A stretch of DNA of 64,000 nucleotides from Thermoleophilaceae bacterium (GTDB lineage Bacteria; Actinomycetota; Thermoleophilia; Solirubrobacterales; Thermoleophilaceae): contig DASSVP010000023.1 in assembly GCA_035705985.1 (NCBI GenBank), forward strand, positions 7,974-71,973. The letters run 5' to 3'. This document shows, piece after piece, positions 27,443-36,042 of the stretch. Below the pieces are notes generated by a model that was not told where the DNA came from, searched no databases, and saw only the letters and a list, made by a program, of their open reading frames with translations. Every line of letters starts with the position of its first letter. Position 1 is the first letter of the stretch. A program made the translations under genes and the position numbers.

Positions 27443-28491
27443 CGCTTGTGGTCGTCCGTGAAATAGCGAAGGCGGGTCTTCTTGAACTCGGTGGAGGAGT
27501 AGAGCGTGCGCCGCTCCTCGATGCCGGTGTCCGCGGCGATCGAGTCGAGGATCGCGTCGCACTCCTCCTTCGAGCGGCCGTGCGCCATCGTGAAGACCGA
27601 GTATGGCCAGTCGGCGTAGGTCGGCCGCTGGTAGCAGTGCGAGATGCCGCGGAAGGACGCCATGCGCGGGCCGATCTCGAGGATCCGTTCCTCCGGGACC
27701 TTCCAGACGCCCATGCCGTTGGCGGAGAAGCCGGCCCGCCGGTGGAAGAGGATCGCGGCCACGCGGCGCAGTGCTCGGCGCTCCTTCATCGACTCGAGGT
27801 GCCCCAGCAGCTCGCCCTGCGAGCTCCCGAGCTCCGCCGCGGCGCGCGCGAACGGCTCGGACACGACCTCCATCGGCCCCTGGGCGGCGCGGATGACCGC
27901 TATGTCGCGGTCCGACAGCTCGACTGCCTCGGGCTCCCGGTGGTCCACGGCCTCGGCCGCCGCCGCTAGCGTCTCCGTGCCCTTCTCCATCTCGAGGTCC
28001 ATGCGGATCTTGAACAGGCGCAGGGTCGGCAGCTGGCGCACGGACTCCGCTCCGGTCAACCGCTGGAGCACGTCCAGGGTCCCGTCGAGACCCAACCGCG
28101 AGCCGGGCTCGGTGGCGATCGTGAACCAGAGGTTGAAGTCGTGGTCGCGCAGGTAGTTGTGCGAGACGCCCGGGTGCGAGTTGATGATCTTGGCCGCGCG
28201 CCACGGGTTCTCCGGATCGACCCTCGCCGCCACGAGCATCGAGCTGTACCCGAGCACGCGTGTGTCGAAGATCGGCGTGATCTCGCGGATGATGCGCTCG
28301 TCCAGCAGGCGGACGGTTCGGGACAGAACCTCCTCCTCCGGGACGCCCGCCAGCTCCGCCACGTGGGCGAACGGACGCGGCGCGATCGGAAAGCTGCCCT
28401 GGAGCAGGTTGAGGAGCTTGCGGTCCAGCTCGTCGAGCGGGACGGCGGACCCGTCCTTTCGGCTCCGAACCTTCGCTATCGGCTGAGCCAC
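27421..28491 (-). CDS. fused AhbA/AhbB (NirDL)-like siroheme decarboxylase, two Lrp/AsnC-like modules
   Basis: Trimmed to GTG 28491 (356 aa). Two tandem halves, each with an HTH start (LDELDRKLLNLLQ / LSDRDIAVIRAAQ) and a signature (HPGVSHNYLRDHDFNLWFT / ISHCYQRPTYADWPYSVFTMAHG). I recognise these from AhbA/B and NirD/L/G/H. Confidence 0.6.
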   Translation of the reverse strand: MAQPIAKVRSRKDGSAVPLDELDRKLLNLLQGSFPIAPRPFAHVAELAGVPEEEVLSRTVRLLDERIIREITPIFDTRVLGYSSMLVAARVDPENPWRAAKIINSHPGVSHNYLRDHDFNLWFTIATEPGSRLGLDGTLDVLQRLTGAESVRQLPTLRLFKIRMDLEMEKGTETLAAAAEAVDHREPEAVELSDRDIAVIRAAQGPMEVVSEPFARAAAELGSSQGELLGHLESMKERRALRRVAAILFHRRAGFSANGMGVWKVPEERILEIGPRMASFRGISHCYQRPTYADWPYSVFTMAHGRSKEECDAILDSIAADTGIEERRTLYSSTEFKKTRLRYFTDDHKRWEAEHA

Positions 28492-29450
28492 CGGGCCACG
28501 TCCTTCGCGTGGTAGGTGATCACGATGTCGGCGCCCGCGCGGCGGATCGCGACGAGGCTCTCCAGCACCGTGGACTGCTCGTCCAGGTAGCCGGCGGCCG
28601 CCGCGGCCTTCACCATCGCGTACTCGCCGCTCACGTTGTAGGCGGCCACGGGCACGCGCGTGGCGTCCTTCACGCGCCGGATCACGTCGAGGTAGGGGAG
28701 CGCCGGCTTCACCATGACCATGTCCGCGCCCTCCTCCACGTCGAGCAGCGCCTCGCGCACGGCCTCGTCGGAGTTCGCGGGGTCCATCTGGTAGCTGCGC
28801 CGGTCGCCGAACGCCGGTGTGGAGCCGGCCGCCTCGCGGAACGGGCCGTAGAACGCGGAGGCGAACTTGGCGGAGTAGGCGATGATCGGCAGGTCCTTGT
28901 GGCCCTCGGCGTCGAGCTGCGAGCGCAGCGCGCCGACCCGGCCGTCCATCATGTCGCTCGGTGCGACGGCGTCGGCGCCCGAGCGGGCATGGGAGATCGC
29001 CGTCTTCGCGAGCAGCTCGAGGCTCACGTCGTTGTCGACCGAGCCGTCGTCGAGCACCACGCCGCAGTGCCCATGCGACGTGTAGGCGCACAGGCAGACG
29101 TCCGTGATCACGAGCAGGTCCGGATGGGCGTCCTTGAGCGCGCGCACGGCGAGCTGCACGACGCCCTCGTCGTCATGGGCGCCCGAGCCCTGCTCGTCCT
29201 TCTCAGCGGGCACGCCGAACAGCAGCACGGCCGGGATGCCCAGCGAGTGCGCCTCGCCGGCCTCCTCGACCGCGTTCGAGATCGACATGCGTTCGACCCC
29301 GGGCATGGCCTCGACCGGCGTGCGGTCCTCCCCGAGCTGCACGAACATCGGCAGCACGAGGTCGGCGGGCATGAGCGTGGTCTCGCGGACGAGCTCGCGC
29401 ATGACGCCGGTCTTGCGCAGGCGGCGCAGTCTTGTGGCCGGAAAGGGCAT
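28476..29450 (-). CDS. hemB: porphobilinogen synthase (delta-aminolevulinate dehydratase)
   Basis: 324 aa. RLRRLR, active-site region VITDVCLCAYTSHGHCG, APSDMMDGRV, SAKFASAFYGPFR, MVKPALPYLD. Confidence 0.95.
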   Translation of the reverse strand: MPFPATRLRRLRKTGVMRELVRETTLMPADLVLPMFVQLGEDRTPVEAMPGVERMSISNAVEEAGEAHSLGIPAVLLFGVPAEKDEQGSGAHDDEGVVQLAVRALKDAHPDLLVITDVCLCAYTSHGHCGVVLDDGSVDNDVSLELLAKTAISHARSGADAVAPSDMMDGRVGALRSQLDAEGHKDLPIIAYSAKFASAFYGPFREAAGSTPAFGDRRSYQMDPANSDEAVREALLDVEEGADMVMVKPALPYLDVIRRVKDATRVPVAAYNVSGEYAMVKAAAAAGYLDEQSTVLESLVAIRRAGADIVITYHAKDVARWLSR

Positions 29451-29465
29451 CTCCGGGAGTTCAGT

Positions 29466-29858
29466 CTAGGTGGCCCCGAGCGCCTGCACGGCCGCGTCGC
29501 GGTCGAGGAAGGCCTCGAGTCGCCAGATCAGTCCCTCGCGGAACTCGAGCAGGTGGTACATATCGCCCTCGATGGCGGCGCCGCTTGCGCGACCGCGGGC
29601 GCGGACCTGGATCGTGCACAGCGACCGCTCGCCCCGCTCCTCGACGCCCGTGACCCGCGTCTCGAAGGTCTCCCACTCGCCGTGGAGGTCGCGCATCCAG
29701 TCACGCAGCCCGTCGTGGCCGCGGTAGACGCCCGTGCCGATGTTCGCGCCGAGGATCGGGCGCGCCTCGCTCTCCGGGTGCGTCAGCGACACCAGCATGT
29801 CGAGATCGCGGCGCGTCCAGGCGTCGTACGCGCGGTCGATCGTCTCCTCGCGCGTCAC
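29466..29858 (-). CDS. SnoaL/NTF2-like small protein
   Basis: Trimmed to GTG 29858 (GTGA overlap with the permease stop). 130 aa. AYDAWTRRDLDMLVSL..YRGHDGLRDWMRDL..EFREGLIWRLEAF is the cone-fold pattern. Confidence 0.55.
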   Translation of the reverse strand: MTREETIDRAYDAWTRRDLDMLVSLTHPESEARPILGANIGTGVYRGHDGLRDWMRDLHGEWETFETRVTGVEERGERSLCTIQVRARGRASGAAIEGDMYHLLEFREGLIWRLEAFLDRDAAVQALGAT

Positions 29859-31192
29859 GCGAAGCGCCTCAGCGCGAGCCTGCCGAGGGCGCCGAACACG
29901 ACGGTGAGCAGCGCGAGGTGGAGCAGCGGGCCGCCGAGGTCGCCCACGTCGTTGAGCGCGGCGTCCAGGGCGTCGAGAGTGGGCTTGAACGGGAACGCCG
30001 CCGAGATCGCGCGGGTGACGTCGTAGAGCGCCGGCGCCACCGCGCCGGACGGCACGAGCGCGAGGAACGCCAGCGGCAGGCAGAGCATGAAGGCGAGCAG
30101 CGAGGCCGCGCGCACGTCGCGGGTGAGCCCGCCTATGGCCAGGCCGAGCGCCGCGAAGGCCAGCGCTCCGAGCGCGAGGGCGGCGAGCCAGAGCGGGAAC
30201 CGGCCCCAGTCGACCTCCACGAACAGCGCCAGGCCGGCGAGCATCAGGAGGCACACGACCACCGAGCACGCGGCGGCGAGGCCCGCCTTCTCGGCGAGCA
30301 GCCCGGTGCGCGAGACGAGCCCCCGCACGAGGCGCGCGAACGCGTTCTCCTCGCGCTCGAGCGCGAGCATCCCGGCGGCCAGCAGCAAGGTGATGAACAT
30401 CAGCGACACGGCCACCGCGAGCGCGACGGCGAACGAGCTGAGCGACGTGGTCCCGCCCTCGAGCGGCGTCGCCTTCACGCGGATCGGCTCGCCCACGACC
30501 GCGAGCACGTCGTCCGAGAAGGCGAGGTTCTCGCGCGCCAGGCGGCTGAACGTGATCACCCGGTCGAGCTCCTCGCGCTCCTCCGACCCCGACGGCAGGT
30601 CGGCGCGGGTCTGCTCCAGGATCGCCTCGGCGCGCTGCAAGCCGAGCACGTCGAAGGTCTGGCCGAGGAACGTGTAGTCGCCGCCCTTGCTGATCAGGTC
30701 GAGCAGCGAGAGCGCCTCCTCGGCCACACGCTTCGTGAGGGCCGCGTTCGCGGACTGGACCTGCGCCCTGATCGTGTTCTCCACGTACTGGCGCTTGGCC
30801 GGGTCCTCGGCGTTGTAGAAGACCTCGACGGTGCCGGGCTCGAGCGACGACTGGATGTTCGTCGCGAGGTCGTCAGGGATCACGAGCGCGCCGAGCACGT
30901 CGCCGTCGCGCACCTTGCGGATCGCCTCCTCGCGGCTGTCGGCGCGCACGGGCTCGATCGCGTCGAAGAGGCGCCGCCCCTCGGCGGCGAGATCGATCCT
31001 GTCTCCGCCGAGCTCGACCACCGCCGACTGCCCGGCGAGGCCGTTGTAGAAGGCCACCTCCGGCTTGTCGGGCCCGCGCGACAGCGCGAAGCCGATCAGC
31101 ACCGCGATCACCACCGGGTAGAGCACGAGCAGCGCCACGAGGAGCGGCGAGCGGCGCAGGATCCTCAGGTCCTTGAGGAACAGCCAGCGCAT
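29855..31192 (-). CDS. ABC-2 type transporter permease with large first extracytoplasmic loop
   Basis: 445 aa. N-terminal TM, a soluble loop of roughly 200 aa, then 5 clustered TM helices. Confidence 0.75.
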   Translation of the reverse strand: MRWLFLKDLRILRRSPLLVALLVLYPVVIAVLIGFALSRGPDKPEVAFYNGLAGQSAVVELGGDRIDLAAEGRRLFDAIEPVRADSREEAIRKVRDGDVLGALVIPDDLATNIQSSLEPGTVEVFYNAEDPAKRQYVENTIRAQVQSANAALTKRVAEEALSLLDLISKGGDYTFLGQTFDVLGLQRAEAILEQTRADLPSGSEEREELDRVITFSRLARENLAFSDDVLAVVGEPIRVKATPLEGGTTSLSSFAVALAVAVSLMFITLLLAAGMLALEREENAFARLVRGLVSRTGLLAEKAGLAAACSVVVCLLMLAGLALFVEVDWGRFPLWLAALALGALAFAALGLAIGGLTRDVRAASLLAFMLCLPLAFLALVPSGAVAPALYDVTRAISAAFPFKPTLDALDAALNDVGDLGGPLLHLALLTVVFGALGRLALRRFA

Positions 31193-31902
31193 CAGTGGCC
31201 GCGCTCGCGGAGGAACTCCACGAACGCCTCCTCGAAGTCGAGGCCGGTGGTTCCCACCGCGCGCTCGAGCTCGCGCGGCGGGCCGTCGAAGAGGCGCTCG
31301 CCGTCGGCGAGGACGATCAGCTGGCTCGCGTAGCGGTCAGCCTCCTGGATGTTGTGGGTGGCGTAGATGACCGTCGTCCCCTCGCCCGCGAGGCGGCCGA
31401 TGAACTCCCACAGGCGGGCCCGCTGGCGCGGGTCGAGGGCGGCGCTCGGCTCGTCGAGCAGGAGCACCTCGGGCTCGGCGAGCAGGCCGATAGCGATGTT
31501 CACGCGCTGCCTGTTGCCGCCCGAGAGCGTGCTCACCTGGTCGCCGGCGCGCTCTCGCAGGTCTGTGAGCTCGAGCATGCGGTCGACGGTCGCGCCGGTG
31601 TCGGGGCAGCGCTCGAGGCGCGCGAACAGCGACAGGTTCTCCTCGACCGTGAGCTTGCCGTAGAGCGCCGCCTGCTGGGGGACCCACCCCGTGCCCTCCG
31701 GGCGTACGGTGAGCTCACCCTCGTCCGCCCGCTGGATGCCGGCAAGGATCGACAGGAGCGTGGTCTTGCCGGCTCCGTTCGGCCCGATCACGGCCACCAG
31801 CTCGCCCCTGCCGGCGGAGAGCGAGACGCCCCGCAGCGCCGCCCTCTCGCCATAGCGCTTGACGAGGTCGCGCGCCGCGAGCGTGACGGTCGCCGTCTCC
31901 AC
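31192..31902 (-). CDS. ABC transporter ATP-binding protein
   Basis: Trimmed to GTG 31902. Walker A GPNGAGKTT, signature LSGGNRQR, Walker B LLLDEPSAALD. ATGA overlap with the permease start. Confidence 0.9.
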   Translation of the reverse strand: METATVTLAARDLVKRYGERAALRGVSLSAGRGELVAVIGPNGAGKTTLLSILAGIQRADEGELTVRPEGTGWVPQQAALYGKLTVEENLSLFARLERCPDTGATVDRMLELTDLRERAGDQVSTLSGGNRQRVNIAIGLLAEPEVLLLDEPSAALDPRQRARLWEFIGRLAGEGTTVIYATHNIQEADRYASQLIVLADGERLFDGPPRELERAVGTTGLDFEEAFVEFLRERGH

Positions 31903-31930
31903 GGCGCGCAGGTTGGCAGAATCGCCCACG

Positions 31931-32710
31931 GTGAAGCTCCTCTTCGTCGGAGACGTGGTGGGCGGCCTCGGGCGGAGGACGCTCGCGTCGCTGCTTCCTG
32001 GCCTACGCGACGCGCACCGGCCGGACTTCGTGATCGTGAACGGCGAGAACGTCGCGGGCGGCGTGGGGATCACGCAGAAGACCGCGCGCGAGCTGCTCGA
32101 GATGGGCGCCGACGCGATCACGCTCGGCAACCACGCCTATCGGCACCGCGAGGTCTACGAGCTCCTCGACCGCGAGGAGCGGATCGTGCGGCCGGCGAAC
32201 TACCCGAAGGGCTCGCCGGGGCGCGGGCACACCGTCGTGGAGAAGGACGGCGTGCGCCTCGGGGTCGTGAACCTGTCCGGCCTGGTGTTCCTCCAGGCGG
32301 TGCGCTCGCCGTTCGCGGAGGCAGACGCGGTGCTCGCGGAGCTGCGCGACCGGGCCGACGCTGTGCTCGTGGACATGCACGCCGAGGCGACCAGCGAGAA
32401 GGTGGCGATGGGCTGGCATCTCGACGGCCGGGTGACCGCGTGCGTGGGCACCCACACGCACGTGCCGACGTCCGACGCGCGCGTGCTGCCGGGCGGCACC
32501 GCCTACGTGACGGACGTGGGAATGACCGGCCCGCGGGGCGGGGTGATCGGCGTGAAGCGCGAGCAGGCCCTCGAGCGCTTCGTGACGCTCACGAACGTGC
32601 GCTTCGAGACCTCGGACGAGGACCCGTGGCTGAATGCGCTGCTGATCGAGGCGGACGCCGGCGGCCGCGCGACGTCGGTGGAGCAGCTACTGATGCCGGC
32701 GAAGCTGTAA
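31931..32710 (+). CDS. YmdB-like metallophosphoesterase (2',3'-cyclic-nucleotide phosphodiesterase family)
   Basis: Trimmed to GTG 31931: VKLLFVGDVVG, VNGENVAGG, LGNHAY, DMHAEATSEK, GTHTHVPTSD. Confidence 0.8.
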   Translation: MKLLFVGDVVGGLGRRTLASLLPGLRDAHRPDFVIVNGENVAGGVGITQKTARELLEMGADAITLGNHAYRHREVYELLDREERIVRPANYPKGSPGRGHTVVEKDGVRLGVVNLSGLVFLQAVRSPFAEADAVLAELRDRADAVLVDMHAEATSEKVAMGWHLDGRVTACVGTHTHVPTSDARVLPGGTAYVTDVGMTGPRGGVIGVKREQALERFVTLTNVRFETSDEDPWLNALLIEADAGGRATSVEQLLMPAKL

Positions 32711-33929
32711 AGGGGCGCCCAACCCTCGGGTAGGGGTCTGACCCCTTTCTGAGGGTTTCCCCGCGAATCGCGCGAGCCGCGAGCACGACCACCGCGAGCA
32801 GCGCCAGGTTCCGAGCGGCCACGATCGCGATCGCCCACGGGTCGCGGGCGACCACGTCGACGTAGTGCGCCGGGAACTCGATCTGCGTCAGCACCGCGAC
32901 CACCGCAACGGCTCCCGCAAGGGCGTGCAGCCGCCACGCGAACGCGAGCGCCCCGAGCGGCAACACCCAGACCGCGAACTGCGGCGAGAGCACCTTGCCG
33001 AGGACGGCGAAGCCGGCGACCGCCGCGAGCGAGGCGAGGACGAGCTCGCGCCGAGCGCCGTCGCTTCCGGCCAACCTCACGCACATGAGTGCGACGAGTG
33101 CGACAAAGGCGGCCCCGAAGAGCCAGGTGACCGCGTCCGCCGCCGGGTGCAGGAGGCCGTCCGATCTGTGACTCGAGACGTTCTCCGCCTCGCCAAGGCC
33201 GATCGCGTCGAGGCCGAGGAGCGCGAGCGCCGGGGAGCTCTCGACCTGGACGGGGCGCTCGAGGTGGTAGCGCACGGCGTCGAGCGCACCCTCAGGCGAG
33301 ATCGCCGCCGCGGCGCTTCCAACCGCCACGATTGCCGCCGCGCAAGCCAGTGCCGCCTGCCATGCGAGCTTCGAGTGGCGGGCGGCCAGCCAGGTCAGCG
33401 CAATCGGGACCGCGACCAGCGGGAAGCCCTTCGTCATCGCTCCCACGCCGAGCACGGCCAGGCCGCTGCGTGGGCGCTCGTTGCACAGGAGCAGCAGCGC
33501 GCCGAGCAGCAACGCGACCGGGAAGAGGTCGAAGTGGGTTCGGAGGAGCGCTCCGCACAGCAGCGGCATCAGCGCCGCCGCGACCATCGCCCGGTGCGCC
33601 TCTCCGCCCGTCGCCCGCGCCAGCGCGCCGCACAGCACCACGACGGCCCCCGCGCCGAGCAGGGTCCATGCCGCGTACGCCCACCGGAACTCCTCCTCGC
33701 CGGTGCCGAGCACGCCGGGCAGCGCGATCACCGGCGCGGCCAGCGGCGGGTACTCGAACGCGATGTCGCGGTACGGGAGGGAGCCGGAGAGGAACGGCTC
33801 CGCGAACGTCCTGTAGACGAACAGGTCGTTCACGCGCTCGTCCGACCACGGGGCAACCCAGAGCGTGAGAGCCCAGCCGGCGGTGAGGAGAGCCAGGCCC
33901 GCGAAGAGCCACGGCCGCGAGCCGCTCAC
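32589..33929 (-). CDS. GT87/DUF2029-family polytopic membrane glycosyltransferase (PimE-like)
   Basis: 446 aa. DLFVYRTFAEPFLSGSLPYRDIAFEYPPLAAP signature loop after TM1, then about 10 TM helices. The last ~50 aa are Arg/Pro/Ser-rich and overlap ymdB. Confidence 0.7.
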   Translation of the reverse strand: MSGSRPWLFAGLALLTAGWALTLWVAPWSDERVNDLFVYRTFAEPFLSGSLPYRDIAFEYPPLAAPVIALPGVLGTGEEEFRWAYAAWTLLGAGAVVVLCGALARATGGEAHRAMVAAALMPLLCGALLRTHFDLFPVALLLGALLLLCNERPRSGLAVLGVGAMTKGFPLVAVPIALTWLAARHSKLAWQAALACAAAIVAVGSAAAAISPEGALDAVRYHLERPVQVESSPALALLGLDAIGLGEAENVSSHRSDGLLHPAADAVTWLFGAAFVALVALMCVRLAGSDGARRELVLASLAAVAGFAVLGKVLSPQFAVWVLPLGALAFAWRLHALAGAVAVVAVLTQIEFPAHYVDVVARDPWAIAIVAARNLALLAVVVLAARAIRGETLRKGSDPYPRVGRPFTASPASVAAPPTSRGRRRPPRSAAHSATGPRPRSRSARS

Positions 33930-35602
33930 ACGTACACCGCCTCACGGTCCCCTTCGCGCCCAATCGCCGACCGCTCCGGCAGCGTCCGGCCGTACGCGCC
34001 GAAGATCGCCACGAAGGCGAAGGGCACGAACCAGATCACGTACAGGTAGAACCAGTGGGTCGCCCCAAGCTCGACCGCGATCAGGATCGCGGCTCCGAGC
34101 GCGGCGAGCTGCCTCACGTCCGGGCGATGCGGCACGAACGCGGCCACCAGCCCCAGCGCGACGGCGGCCGCCTTCACCGCGGTCTGCAGCCACTCGAGCG
34201 ACTCGACCTGCCCCCAGAGGCTGAACGGCGACGGGCGGCCCGCCTGGTATCCGACCGTGCGGTCGTAGAGCTCGCGGAGCCCGCCGTCCGGAACGAACGG
34301 CGCCACGGTCACCAGCAGCGCCAGCAGAGCGGCGCCGGCGAATGCCAGCGGGGCCCGCCGCGCGAACAGAGGCGCAAGCGCGAGGTTCACGAACTTCGCC
34401 GCGGCGCCCAGCGCGACAGCCGCCCCGGCCACGGCGCCCGCGGCACGGTCGCGGGCCAGCGTGGCCGCCAGCAGCGCTCCGATGCCCGCCACGGCCACCA
34501 GGGCGTCGTTGGCGTTCGACTCGAGCACGAAGGCCGTGTACGGATACGCCGTCCACGCGTACGCGAGCGCCACTCCGAGCGCGTCGCCGTCCCGGCCGGG
34601 CCGCAGCCGCCTCCCCAGGAGCAGCAGACCCCCGATCGCCAGCAGGTCGAACGTGATCGCGGCGCCGTGCGCCGCCGGGAGGTCGTCCCATCTCCCACTC
34701 CACGGGAGCGCCTGCTCGAACGGCACGTAGAGGAGGTAGTTGAGCGGCCCGTAGGTGTCCCCGCTCTCGACGTCGGCCGAGAAGCCCTCGCCATAGAGAT
34801 GGTCCCCGTCGACGATGCGGTCCGCCCCGATCACCCCCGCGTAGCCGACGTCGATCACGTTGGAGTCCGCCACGTTCAGGCCGATCCGGAACGCGGTCAG
34901 GAAGACCAGGCCAACGACGAGCAGCTTCAGCGACGCGTGCGGCACGAGCGGACCCGGTCGCGGCCGGGGCCTGAACGCGGCGAGCAGCACCCGGACGAGC
35001 AGGTAGAGCAGCACCGGATAGACGAGCGGCACGGAGACCCCGATCTCGCCGCGGTTGAAGAAGAAGTGCGAGCCGCCGAAGGCGAGCAGCACGAGGAGGT
35101 CCAGGTGGAGCAGGCGGAACGGACGTCGCACGTCCACGAAGGGCGCCAGGAACAGGAGGCACAGCGGGACCCACACGTACGGCGCGTTCAGCTTGCGCCC
35201 GAACGCCCCCGGATATCCGCGCGCCATCGTCCACGCCACCTGGTCGCCGGACCACGACTCGACGATCGCGCCGGTGGCGTCGTCCACGTGGACCTGCACG
35301 ACCTCGCGACCGTCACGGAAGAAGCTCACCTGCCAGCGGCCCGCTCCCCTCGTGTACGCGACGGGATCGAGTGACCCGTCACGGCGCGCGGCGCGCACGT
35401 CGTCGGACCGCGCGGCGATGCGCTCGACATCGCGCGCGGACCGGTCGAACAGCGGCGGCGGCTTCGTCTCGGATCCCGGGCGCACGGGGTCCGCGGCCGT
35501 CGCGGGAGCAGGCAGCACGGCGAGTGCGCCGAGCAGTGCGACGACGGTGGCGATCAGCGCGCGCGGGCTCAGTCGCGCGTGAGCGCGATGCTGAAGCTCC
35601 AC
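33926..35602 (-). CDS. PepSY-like ectodomain fused to a polytopic GT-C-like membrane protein
   Basis: Start set at GTG 35602 (signal-like VELQHRAHARLSPRALIATVVALLGALAVLPAPATA). WQVSFFRDGREVVQVHVDDATGAIVE is PepSY-like, followed by many TM helices. Four-nucleotide overlap with the downstream GT87 gene. Confidence 0.6.
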   Translation of the reverse strand: MELQHRAHARLSPRALIATVVALLGALAVLPAPATAADPVRPGSETKPPPLFDRSARDVERIAARSDDVRAARRDGSLDPVAYTRGAGRWQVSFFRDGREVVQVHVDDATGAIVESWSGDQVAWTMARGYPGAFGRKLNAPYVWVPLCLLFLAPFVDVRRPFRLLHLDLLVLLAFGGSHFFFNRGEIGVSVPLVYPVLLYLLVRVLLAAFRPRPRPGPLVPHASLKLLVVGLVFLTAFRIGLNVADSNVIDVGYAGVIGADRIVDGDHLYGEGFSADVESGDTYGPLNYLLYVPFEQALPWSGRWDDLPAAHGAAITFDLLAIGGLLLLGRRLRPGRDGDALGVALAYAWTAYPYTAFVLESNANDALVAVAGIGALLAATLARDRAAGAVAGAAVALGAAAKFVNLALAPLFARRAPLAFAGAALLALLVTVAPFVPDGGLRELYDRTVGYQAGRPSPFSLWGQVESLEWLQTAVKAAAVALGLVAAFVPHRPDVRQLAALGAAILIAVELGATHWFYLYVIWFVPFAFVAIFGAYGRTLPERSAIGREGDREAVYV

Positions 35603-36042
35603 ATCTTGTTCCCGATGAAGTTGAGCGGGGTGGCGGCGACGATCGAGATCGCCTGCGCGGGGAGCTCGGGCACGCCGGCCACGCTCACGAGCAGCTCGAG
35701 GATCGCGGCCGCGAACACGAACGCGGCGATGCTGACCGTGAAGAAGCGCGCCGCCTGGAAGCCCGCGTGGCCCCCGCGCGCGCGGAAGGTCCAGTGGCGG
35801 TTCCACCAGAAGTTGTTCAGCACCGCGACGGCGAAGGCGGCCGTGGCGGCCACCAGGTGGTGCGCGTCGAGCAGCCCGACGCACGCGGCGAACACGCACA
35901 GGTTCACCACGTAGCCCGACGCGCCCACGGCGCAGAACTTGACGAGCTGCATCCAGTTGTGCGGCCTGCGAAGTCCCGCGCGCACGCGCAGGTGCAGAGC
36001 ATGGGGGCGGTCGGCGATGGCGGCTCTCGCCTCGTCGGTCAC
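35569..36042 (-). CDS. GtrA-family membrane protein
   Basis: Trimmed to GTG 36042 (GTGA overlap). LVKFCAVGASGYVVNLCVF..NNFWWNRHWTF..ATPLNFIGNKMWSF. Confidence 0.8.
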   Translation of the reverse strand: MTDEARAAIADRPHALHLRVRAGLRRPHNWMQLVKFCAVGASGYVVNLCVFAACVGLLDAHHLVAATAAFAVAVLNNFWWNRHWTFRARGGHAGFQAARFFTVSIAAFVFAAAILELLVSVAGVPELPAQAISIVAATPLNFIGNKMWSFSIALTRD

